From a virus, in the IMG/VR virus record IMGVR_UViG_3300030107_006047, positions 8,061 through 72,060 of that record: a DNA stretch of 64,000 nucleotides, one strand, 5' to 3'. This document shows positions 49,093-56,446 of this stretch, one piece after another; within the stretch, counting starts at the first letter, position 1, and each line of letters opens with the position of its first letter. The notes beneath the pieces are model-generated. The model ran no database searches and was not told the DNA's origin. It saw nothing but the letters and a program-made list of their open reading frames with translations. The position numbers and the translations under genes were made by a program.

Positions 49093-49418
49093 TACTCACC
49101 TCCCTTATAGAAGTCCTTCTCGAACTCGGCGACAGCTTCCTCTGCCTGGGCTCTCATGTTCTCAATGCGGATCTCTTCTTGAGGAACGAACACATGGGTG
49201 TATTCTCCCCCGCCGAGATACCCGGATGTGTGGGCCAGCCCGTCAAGGCTCCGGTCCATTTTCCGCATCAGGGCTACTGCTGCTTTCCTGTGGTTGCCCG
49301 TAGCGTTGAGCGAGTGATCAAAGGGTGTGGCCTTGTACACTCCGTCAGGTCCTGTCGCTACGATTCTGGAGCCACTGCTGTTTGTGGGTCCTCTATACTT
49401 TGTCTTAATTCCAAACAT
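49092..49418 (-). CDS. Conserved phage hypothetical protein
   Basis: IKTKYRGPTNSSGSRIVAT...NH..A motif. Confidence 0.7.
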   Translation of the reverse strand: MFGIKTKYRGPTNSSGSRIVATGPDGVYKATPFDHSLNATGNHRKAAVALMRKMDRSLDGLAHTSGYLGGGEYTHVFVPQEEIRIENMRAQAEEAVAEFEKDFYKGGE

Positions 49419-49525
49419 TGTTCTCTCGGTGTTTGTTGTTTGTTGCTGGCTCTCTCAACCAACACTTAGTGTATACACCTGTTGTGTGTTGTCATTCAAC
49501 AACAAAATGCACACACCCTCATCTC

Positions 49526-49542
49526 TTGACATCTCGTTGACA
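49526..49542. promoter_or_regulatory. TTGACA-N5-TTGACA direct-repeat box
   Basis: TTGACA at 49526 and 49537; same spacing recurs at 54724 and 55998. Confidence 0.55.
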
Positions 49543-49551
49543 TTTACTTGC

Positions 49552-49671
49552 TCAGTCTCTCATCGAGATGGCGAAAGCGATCACAGCTACAATAAGAAAA
49601 CCCCAAGCAATTACATCTACATAGATGTGCCCTTGGCTTGGTTGGTCAATGGTTTGGTACTGTATCTTCAT
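49552..49671 (-). CDS. Possible 39-aa membrane peptide
   Basis: VIAWGFLIVAVIAFAI hydrophobic run; weak RBS. Confidence 0.35.
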   Translation of the reverse strand: MKIQYQTIDQPSQGHIYVDVIAWGFLIVAVIAFAISMRD

Positions 49672-49807
49672 GTCATGCTCTATCGGGAAAGGTGCCCCCC
49701 TCCCCTTCAACGATCGAGAAAAAGGGGAGGAGGACTGGAGGTAACCACTCCTCCCTCATTGTGTATACGGGCAAAGGGTAAATTAATTTCCAGAAGGATA
49801 AAAGATT

Positions 49808-49951
49808 TTATCTCTCCAGCTCCTTTGCCATAAAGGCCCAGACCCTATCCAAGAACTCTTGGCTCGTGATTCCTATCGGAGGTGGGGTGTCGTCTTCACA
49901 TTGTTGTGTAGTGCTGTCTTCTCTTCTCTCTTGTTTGCCTTCATTCATCAT
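49808..49951 (-). CDS. 47-aa hypothetical protein
   Basis: GAGG RBS after AAAC-rich leader; MMNEGKQERRED... Confidence 0.45.
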   Translation of the reverse strand: MMNEGKQERREDSTTQQCEDDTPPPIGITSQEFLDRVWAFMAKELER

Positions 49952-50111
49952 GACGACCTCTTTGTTTGTTGTTGTTTGTAGTCAAGGGATGACTCCCTCA
50001 ACAGTAGTACTGGTGTAGTAGTCACCGAGCGTGACAAACTTTCTCAACTTTCTCTTCACTTACTACTACGATTGGCAACCAGAAAAGTTAACCTCCCGAC
50101 TAAAAAAAGTT

Positions 50112-50801
50112 TTATTCTTCAGTGGTTTCAACAACTTGCAAGTGGCTCGCATCATCCAGGTGTTCTGGCACAGGCTCTTCATCATCGAAGAAGATGTCCT
50201 CCTCTTCTGCCCATGGGTCTTCACCGATAGCTTGTTCGACATCATCAGGGCTCGACGTGTCAAGCACAGTGATCTCCGCATCCTTTGCGAACTCCCATCC
50301 GGCTGGCGGATACCACCTGTAGCGTCGCACCCTTTGGATCATAGAGCGTCGTCTCTTCCAGCCGAGAGACTCCATCACGGTTGCGAGCTTCATCTCTCCG
50401 GCTCTGCCTGACCAGTCAAGGCCCAACTCTTCTGACTCGTTGACCTCGGAGAGGATGTCTGCGCTTGAGATACCGATGTGTCTCTTGCGGAGCTTGGCTC
50501 GAAGCCTGTCTGCGAACTCTTCATCCACCTGTCGCACGTCTTGTACCATGTCCATCTGAGGCACAGCAGCCAACACACCGGAGTACAGCTCAAACTCGGA
50601 CGGCGTGATGCCGTAGCGCCCAGTCAGGTAGACCAGCAGGGATGCCATCTCAGCTTTCCCGGCTTTGGTTGTGCCTGTGTAGATAGTCCCAGAAGGACTC
50701 GCGGTGTACTTCCCTGCCAGCTTCTCGTCATGGCGTAGCGCCAAGAAGACAGCGTGTGATCCGTTCCCTGCCTCAATAGCTTTTCTCGTTTGTTCTTTCA
50801 T
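50112..50801 (-). CDS. ATPase-less paralog of the VapE/VirE helicase
   Basis: Matches N- and C-terminal parts of 40204..41523 (LRHD..L.GK, YGI, LGL, LGWKRRR) with no Walker motifs. Confidence 0.7.
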   Translation of the reverse strand: MKEQTRKAIEAGNGSHAVFLALRHDEKLAGKYTASPSGTIYTGTTKAGKAEMASLLVYLTGRYGITPSEFELYSGVLAAVPQMDMVQDVRQVDEEFADRLRAKLRKRHIGISSADILSEVNESEELGLDWSGRAGEMKLATVMESLGWKRRRSMIQRVRRYRWYPPAGWEFAKDAEITVLDTSSPDDVEQAIGEDPWAEEEDIFFDDEEPVPEHLDDASHLQVVETTEE

Positions 50802-51205
50802 TGTCCTGGCCTCCTTGTGCCTGGTTGGGTGGTGTTAGGTGTGTTCAGGGTATCCGAAAGGATCCAGTTAGGCAACTGCCTCCACGGTGACACACCGTCA
50901 TTAGCGGGTGACCAAGAGGTTACCATTGGGCAAGTATTGATACTGTCAGTAGCACTTCTGCCCATATGGGTGGCAGCACTGCCTACACCTTGGATTGCAA
51001 AAACTTCTGTGGTTACAGGTACTTGGCGCAGCCGGTTAGCCTTCCTAACCTTATTCCTTATCTTTACTCCCCCCCCTATATAAAAAACCATAGAGAAAAC
51101 AACAGGGGCAAATACCCCCCCTATATGTCTATAGGGTTTTAGGCGTGCCAGGTGGGGCAGAGGGTATAAAGTGCAGTGATTACAATACATTAGCTACTGG
51201 ATAAC

Positions 51206-51634
51206 CTATGGATTTCTCATCCAGGGTGTGGGTACAAGGGTTCCATTGGGAAACATGAGGATGATCACCTCAGGACCCTTTCTTTTCAGCCATCTACGGC
51301 TAATGCCAGAGGCCCAACGATGTGGAATAGATGCCGAGTACTTGGGTGTGACGTGAAGGTCTAATAGGTACGATGCAACCACCGTCTGACTCTCTCCAAC
51401 CGCCTTGCAGAAGGTGCCAAAGCGACCAGGCCAACCGTTGGTATCCTCGATGCGCTTGAACATCAGCCAAAGACGAACACAGCATGCATGCACCTCGTCT
51501 CCATTGCTCTCACGACAGCTGGAAGACTCGATCTCTTTGATGTACGCTCGCAATTCACGTCGTGTCATCTTCACAGATGAGGACGGAAGGAGGTAGGATG
51601 TCTGAGATGCTGAGGCGATTTGATCGGACGACAT
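51206..51634 (-). CDS. Hypothetical protein (start uncertain)
   Basis: 142 aa ORF; may start at MTRREL. Confidence 0.5.
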   Translation of the reverse strand: MSSDQIASASQTSYLLPSSSVKMTRRELRAYIKEIESSSCRESNGDEVHACCVRLWLMFKRIEDTNGWPGRFGTFCKAVGESQTVVASYLLDLHVTPKYSASIPHRWASGISRRWLKRKGPEVIILMFPNGTLVPTPWMRNP

Positions 51635-51964
51635 GAGGCTTGAGTTATTTGGATTATTTGGATATTTTGGAGATAATAGGGTCGGTAAAGCCTCCCGCTT
51701 CGCAGGAAAGGATACCGTGGGTTGATGAGGTAAAAATGAAGCGTGGGTATTGGTGGCGGGCGGCCATCGAAAGGGTGTACCCCATATTGATAGACCAGCT
51801 GTACCTACAACGCCTCGGAAACACTAAGAAAAACAATAAGTTACGCATCCAGGCTCGTAAAAACCCAACCGGCAACCCGAAGTCAGACACCAAGGGCCCA
51901 AAGCTACCGAACGTTAGGTTACTCCGGCTCCGTGCGAGAGACGAATAGCCCCCGAAAAACTGAA

Positions 51965-52110
51965 GGCGCGACTCGGTACGCTCCCCGACAAGTGCTTGTG
52001 ATGTGTTGCCCATGCTCACCAGTATAACCTGGCGCGATCTGGTACGGCCCCGAACATTCAAGGGGGCGCGACTCGGTACGGCCCAAGACGTAAAGGCGCG
52101 ATCTGGTTCG
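51965..52110 (+). repeat. 16-bp motif cluster 1 (4 copies)
   Basis: GGCGCGAYYYGGTWCG at 51965, 52031, 52065, 52095. Confidence 0.9.
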
Positions 52111-52229
52111 ACGATAGACATGGTGAGCTGTTCCCGCGTTTGAAGTTGGAAGGGGGGCATGACCGGAGACCAATCACAGCCATGCCCCGGAGTCCGGCGG
52201 GCATGATTCCACCGGACCCCTCAACCAAC

Positions 52230-52574
52230 TCAGTTGTTCTCGTCGTATTGCTTGGCAAAGCCACGGGCGATGCACAACAGTGCTTCCATGGGTGTCACTC
52301 TTTCGCTGAAGGGCTTCGTCTTGTCCCAATGCCAGTCGATGTACGGGTTCTCTTGGTAGGCATCCCACTTCGCTTGGCTCAAGATGATGCACGACCACCC
52401 ATCATACCCTGGCGCAGTGATTTGAAACTTCTCCTTGTGCGCTTTGGGAAAGGTGAACACCGCACCTGAGTCCTTGTAGGTGTAGCTGTTGCCGATGCGT
52501 GTCATCTGAAGCTTGGACTTCTTGAACCCGATCTTCTTGAATGCTGCTGCCATCTGTCGATTAGTCATTTCCAT
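52230..52574 (-). CDS. Hypothetical early protein
   Basis: GGAG RBS after GAAA hairpin. Confidence 0.7.
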   Translation of the reverse strand: MEMTNRQMAAAFKKIGFKKSKLQMTRIGNSYTYKDSGAVFTFPKAHKEKFQITAPGYDGWSCIILSQAKWDAYQENPYIDWHWDKTKPFSERVTPMEALLCIARGFAKQYDENN

Positions 52575-52626
52575 TTGTCTCTCCAGTGCCCCCCTTTCGG
52601 GGGGCGGTTTGTTTGTTGCTCTCAGA

Positions 52627-53058
52627 CTACCCGTGGGAATACGTCTGCGTCTCAGTGTTGAAGCTCAGCTTCCGGTGCCGCTGGGCGTAGTCATCTTCCG
52701 CACGAATGATGGCCGGTGTGCCGTGGCGATGGTCGTCTCTCTTGTTGTGGTAGTTACCGCCACCGCATCCATTGTGATCTGCGTTGTACATCCAGGTGAC
52801 ATACTCATCACCGAACTTGGCCATCACAGTGAACAGGTAGTGGTCACCAGGGTGGAACGAGTACGCCTTGATAGCGTAAAGCGTTGCTCCGTTGCTCAGC
52901 TTCTCGCCGAACTTGGGAAGCTCCCACCGCGTTTGCTTCTTGGCCAGAATCTCGAGTGCTTTGCTCACTTGGGCTTGGCTAAGAGTCCCGGTCATCGTTG
53001 CGTGCAACTGGCCCTCCTGTCTGTTGATGTCGGCGATTGTCTCGTGTGTTGTCTTCAT
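52627..53058 (-). CDS. Hypothetical early protein
   Basis: AAGGAG RBS at ATG 53058; EYVTW...GNY motif. Confidence 0.7.
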   Translation of the reverse strand: MKTTHETIADINRQEGQLHATMTGTLSQAQVSKALEILAKKQTRWELPKFGEKLSNGATLYAIKAYSFHPGDHYLFTVMAKFGDEYVTWMYNADHNGCGGGNYHNKRDDHRHGTPAIIRAEDDYAQRHRKLSFNTETQTYSHG

Positions 53059-53162
53059 GGTCTCTCCTTGGTTGAAGATGTGGTGGGCCGAATGCCTAAC
53101 CACATAGGTCAGGTAACTGGTGGTAGGACATCCGGCCAGAAAATAGATGAGAAAGTTTTGGG

Positions 53163-53296
53163 GGCGCGATCTGGTCCGGGCCCAGACGCTACCCGGTTCG
53201 TGCCCCGACGCTATCAGGTACGCACCCAGACAGGCGCGATCTGGTACGACGGCAGACGCTATCCGGTTCGTGTGCATACAGGCGCGACTCGGCACG
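53163..53296 (+). repeat. 16-bp motif cluster 2 (6 copies)
   Basis: Copies at 53163, 53185, 53207, 53233, 53255, 53281; periods 22/22/26/22/26. Confidence 0.9.
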
Positions 53297-53308
53297 ACGG
53301 CAGACGGA

Positions 53309-53479
53309 TCACCAGATGGCGATCACGTCTATACCACTGTTGTGGAATCGGGCCGCCCGCTCTGCCCCCTTCCTGGTTTCCCAGCTACCCGGCATCTTAT
53401 CGACCGGCTCGCCGGACTTGGGGTATCCCCACCCGATACCCCACGATCCGTCTTTCTTTTGGTATGCAAAGCACTCCAT
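53309..53479 (-). CDS. Small hypothetical early protein
   Basis: AAGGAG RBS after GCAA hairpin; 56 aa. Confidence 0.6.
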   Translation of the reverse strand: MECFAYQKKDGSWGIGWGYPKSGEPVDKMPGSWETRKGAERAARFHNSGIDVIAIW

Positions 53480-53493
53480 GGTGCTCTCCTTTA

Positions 53494-53509
53494 GGGGGCT
53501 TGCGCCCCC
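53494..53509 (-). promoter_or_regulatory. GCAA-tetraloop hairpin before RBS
   Basis: GGGGGC-GCAA-GCCCCC on coding strand; identical at 53831 (-) and 56402 (+). Confidence 0.7.
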
Positions 53510-53525
53510 GTCTGGTTTGGTTTGG

Positions 53526-53816
53526 TTAGGGTGTGTAGCGAAACATCCTACGGACATGGGATGTCCCATTGGTGTGGCTCTCTACCCACTGAGCGCGAAA
53601 GCCATACTTTTTTTCAAATGCATCTAAGAAAGTCCCCGCATCCATGTCCCCTTCCAAGTAGGCAATGGTCTTGTGCTTGTTCGTGTAAGAGTAGGGGGTG
53701 ATCTTCTCTTGAATGCCAAGGTCCTTCAGTGCATTGAAGGGTACCGCAAGCCATTCGTGGCCAGGGTCAGCATAGAAGATCAGCGCCATTGTGTGAGGGT
53801 CGAAAGGTTTAGCCAT
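53526..53816 (-). CDS. Conserved phage hypothetical protein
   Basis: ADPGHEWLAVP...ITPYSY...YLEGDMDA..F motif. Confidence 0.75.
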   Translation of the reverse strand: MAKPFDPHTMALIFYADPGHEWLAVPFNALKDLGIQEKITPYSYTNKHKTIAYLEGDMDAGTFLDAFEKKYGFRAQWVESHTNGTSHVRRMFRYTP

Positions 53817-53830
53817 TGTCTTGTCCTTTA

Positions 53831-53846
53831 GGGGGCTTGCGCCCCC
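53831..53846 (-). promoter_or_regulatory. GCAA-tetraloop hairpin before RBS
   Basis: GGGGGC-GCAA-GCCCCC then TAAAGGAC. Confidence 0.7.
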
Positions 53847-53860
53847 GTTAGGTTTGTTTG

Positions 53861-54643
53861 TTAGATTGCGAGGCCCTGGTGCCAGTCGGTAGGCTCAGCG
53901 AGGCCAGCCCGCCATAGTCGGTACCGCTTCTCCAGTGACCCGTGAACGTTGATCGCTCTTGACGGACGACCCGATCCCTTTCGGGTACCGTCGCACTGTG
54001 CGCAGCGCTGACAGTCTAGGATCTTCCCCATTTCTTCCGATGCAGGACAGCCCCGTTCGAATGGTAGAAGGGGCTCCTCTGCTAGCTTGACTCGAAAGGT
54101 ACGCCATCCCAACGCATGCGCCCTGATCGTATCCCATGGGGTCTCTGTTGAGGCCATCACAAACGGGGCCCACATTGACGCGTCAAGGTCTCGCCACCTG
54201 TGATCGTATCCTGTGATCGTCTCAGCACCTTTTGTGTGGTGCCCCCAGATCCCAACGGGTACCGCTGAGGGATTACCATACGCACCTAGCCTGAGGTCTC
54301 TATCGATGGCGATAGGCTGTAACTGGTGATCGTATCCGCCCCGATGGTATGCCTTCCAGATAGCTAGCGGGGCTTGGTATCCGATGACATAGCATGCGCC
54401 ACCTAGCGACGGTCTATGAATGCAACCGCCACAGACGGACTCATCTGCTCCATTCTTGATCGCTACATGGGGCGCAATGTCTGTGCGCATGATCCAGGTT
54501 TGGATCATCCCCTTCCGATTCGAATCGGATAGCTTTTTGTTTTTCGTTTTGCGCTTGAGCCCGGTCGCGACGCACACAATAGGTGCCCCGTCGATCTGGC
54601 TTGCTCCTTCCCATAAAATTCTACCGTCTGCCATTTTTATCAT
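53861..54643 (-). CDS. Cys-rich phage protein (Gp88/DUF7227-like, putative Fe-S or Zn enzyme)
   Basis: N.K...MIQTWI, VCGGC...CYV, LRLGAYG.P, TGY.H.W, MAS, GWRTFRV, CPAS...CxxCxxC...VHG. Confidence 0.65.
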   Translation of the reverse strand: MIKMADGRILWEGASQIDGAPIVCVATGLKRKTKNKKLSDSNRKGMIQTWIMRTDIAPHVAIKNGADESVCGGCIHRPSLGGACYVIGYQAPLAIWKAYHRGGYDHQLQPIAIDRDLRLGAYGNPSAVPVGIWGHHTKGAETITGYDHRWRDLDASMWAPFVMASTETPWDTIRAHALGWRTFRVKLAEEPLLPFERGCPASEEMGKILDCQRCAQCDGTRKGSGRPSRAINVHGSLEKRYRLWRAGLAEPTDWHQGLAI

Positions 54644-54678
54644 GCTCCTAAGGGTCTCTAGTCGTTATGACTATCTTT

Positions 54679-54707
54679 ACCTTATAGAGGTTAGGCAGGC
54701 TAGGCAA
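54679..54707 (-). promoter_or_regulatory. Predicted early promoter with TGCCTAAC spacer motif
   Basis: TTGCCT-17-TAAGGT. Confidence 0.55.
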
Positions 54708-54723
54708 TAGGTAGACTGATCCC

Positions 54724-54740
54724 TTGACAAGCCCTTGACA
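54724..54740. promoter_or_regulatory. TTGACA-N5-TTGACA direct-repeat box
   Basis: TTGACA AGCCC TTGACA. Confidence 0.55.
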
Positions 54741-54743
54741 TAT

Positions 54744-54822
54744 GGCGCGATCTGGTACGTGCCCACACAAGAACAGGCGCGATCTGGTTCGCACCCAAAC
54801 AGACGGGGCGCGATCTGGTTCG
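54744..54822 (+). repeat. 16-bp motif cluster 3 (3 copies)
   Basis: GGCGCGATCTGGTWCG at 54744, 54776, 54807. Confidence 0.9.
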
Positions 54823-54987
54823 CACCCGGACGATAGGTGAAAGGCTACATACACAAGTAAGCCCGGCCATCTGTGCACGATGACCGGGCCGCCTCTGTTG
54901 TTTGTTCCGTATCTTAGGTGACTGATAGCGTATTAGGGAGCGACCCCAATAGGTACCAGTCAAACCCGGTCAACACACAACAGCGCT

Positions 54988-55281
54988 TTACTTTTTGAAC
55001 AGTTCGCGCCCGTCCACGATCTCTAACGTCAAGCCGTTAGGGGTCAAGACCTCAGCTTCGAACCGCACAAGGTCTGCCTTGTCGTAGCACTTGCTACAAT
55101 AAAACGATACCTTCGCGGGTTCCTTTCCTTTCCAGATTGTGATCTCAACGGCCCGCTTACAGTCAAGAACAGCTCGACACTGGCCGACATAACAGAATGT
55201 TTGGTGTCCTACTGCGCTTTTGAACCATTCCTTTTTCATCTCTTTTTGGACGGCGTCTAACACTGGTTCGTTCTCTAACAT
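54988..55281 (-). CDS. Hypothetical Cys-containing early protein
   Basis: 97 aa; after GCAA hairpin; YCSKC. Confidence 0.65.
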   Translation of the reverse strand: MLENEPVLDAVQKEMKKEWFKSAVGHQTFCYVGQCRAVLDCKRAVEITIWKGKEPAKVSFYCSKCYDKADLVRFEAEVLTPNGLTLEIVDGRELFKK

Positions 55282-55345
55282 TGGTTCGTTCCCTTACACT
55301 AAGGCCGGGCCCCTTGCGAGACCCGGCCAGTGGAGTAGTCAAGCT

Positions 55346-55918
55346 TTACGCTTGACCTGACATGATGTGGATATCCTGCGGACGATAGACTTGTTTGTTG
55401 TAGACGAACCGATCCCATGTACCGGGTGCCATAGTGAACCGCCGGAAGTGTTTGATCCGGTCGCACTTGAATTCGATCCACTCTCGGATCTTAGTCTCTA
55501 CTGCTTTAGTGCGTGGCTTGTATTCACCGGGTGTCACGACCCACTTGTCAACGTGTAGCCCCGTGATGTACAGCTTGCCGCCTGTCTCTACCAGTCGGCC
55601 CTTATCATCCACCGGGACGAAGGGTGACTGTTGAGGTCCGGCTTGCCGCTTTGCATAGGCAGCCCGCACCCGATCCAATACGGCGGTCGCTTGTTCGATA
55701 CTGGTACAGTCGGGGCAGTTCGCCAGAATAGTAGCCGGGTCGATCTGTTTAGCCGCTACGATAGCCCGGCCCAACAGATCCATATAGCTGAAGCCTACCT
55801 GGATCTTGCGGTTCGTTACCTCGCCGCTTGATTTAGAGACGTGACCATATAGCCACGCGAACTGGCCGCCGCCCGATTGTGACAGCGCTTGAATGAATGA
55901 AGGAAAGTTACTTTGCAT
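55346..55918 (-). CDS. Hypothetical early protein
   Basis: AGGAG RBS; 190 aa; first gene of leftward unit. Confidence 0.75.
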   Translation of the reverse strand: MQSNFPSFIQALSQSGGGQFAWLYGHVSKSSGEVTNRKIQVGFSYMDLLGRAIVAAKQIDPATILANCPDCTSIEQATAVLDRVRAAYAKRQAGPQQSPFVPVDDKGRLVETGGKLYITGLHVDKWVVTPGEYKPRTKAVETKIREWIEFKCDRIKHFRRFTMAPGTWDRFVYNKQVYRPQDIHIMSGQA

Positions 55919-55963
55919 GTCGCTTACTCCTAAGCATGTCCGGCTTCATTGCCTGACTTGACT

Positions 55964-55991
55964 ATCTTAGCCAGTTAGGCACGGGGGGCAA
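55964..55991 (-). promoter_or_regulatory. Predicted early promoter with TGCCTAAC spacer motif
   Basis: TTGCCC-16-TAAGAT. Confidence 0.55.
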
Positions 55992-55997
55992 TAGTGC

Positions 55998-56014
55998 TTG
56001 ACATTCTGTTGACA
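55998..56014. promoter_or_regulatory. TTGACA-N5-TTGACA direct-repeat box
   Basis: TTGACA TTCTG TTGACA. Confidence 0.55.
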
Positions 56015-56047
56015 TCTTACCACCGGCCCGCACTGTGCTCTACCCGT

Positions 56048-56136
56048 GGCGCGATCTGGTTCGCAAGTACCCCACCAATAGGCAGGCGCTAATCGGTACG
56101 GGCCCGGACTGATTATCCGTGGCGCGATCTGGTTCG
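56048..56136 (+). repeat. 16-bp motif cluster 4 (3 copies)
   Basis: Copies at 56048, 56085, 56121 between divergent promoters. Confidence 0.9.
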
Positions 56137-56189
56137 CCAACAGTCCACCGCGAAAAAAGAGCAGACGCAAAGCCTGTTAGATTATTTTC

Positions 56190-56217
56190 TGGCAATCCTG
56201 CCTAACCTTGCTATACT
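56190..56217 (+). promoter_or_regulatory. Predicted rightward promoter with TGCCTAAC spacer motif
   Basis: TGGCAA-16-TATACT with extended -10 TGc. Confidence 0.6.
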
Positions 56218-56251
56218 TAGGTCAGGTAATGAGACCTAAGGAGAACAAAAC

Positions 56252-56392
56252 ATGGAAAGCTTCAAACGATGGGCCGATAACTTCTTCACCAGAGACAACT
56301 TCATTGACCTTGTGGTCATGCTTGTAGGGGGAACAGCGGCAATGACTGTCTTCTACGGGATGCTGTATGTCGCCGACATATCCACCAACTAA
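56252..56392 (+). CDS. 46-aa membrane protein (not in ORF track)
   Basis: AAGGAG RBS; FIDLVVMLVGGTAAMTVFYGMLYV TM helix. Confidence 0.65.
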   Translation: MESFKRWADNFFTRDNFIDLVVMLVGGTAAMTVFYGMLYVADISTN

Positions 56393-56401
56393 CCAACCAC
56401 A

Positions 56402-56417
56402 GGGGGCGCAAGCCCCC
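56402..56417 (+). promoter_or_regulatory. GCAA-tetraloop hairpin before RBS
   Basis: GGGGGC-GCAA-GCCCCC, orientation flips with transcription. Confidence 0.7.
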
Positions 56418-56446
56418 ACCACCTTGAGACCTAAGGAGTAGCTGAC

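Noticed and set aside
51640-51948. Plus-strand 102-aa ORF
   Set aside because: TTG start, isolated orientation and no recognisable motif; not enough support to annotate, though not excluded
53163-53296. tRNA-like fragments (GGCGC...TGGT and GGTTCG resemble D- and T-arm sequences)
   Set aside because: No cloverleaf, anticodon arm or acceptor stem can be formed
52513-53529. 338-aa plus-strand ORF
   Set aside because: Antisense to minus-strand genes with good RBSs and runs through the repeat cluster; likely a shadow ORF
51965-56136. Mini-CRISPR array interpretation of the 16-bp repeats
   Set aside because: Repeats are short, degenerate and non-palindromic; spacers are mostly 6-21 nt, irregular and partly repeated; no cas genes seen
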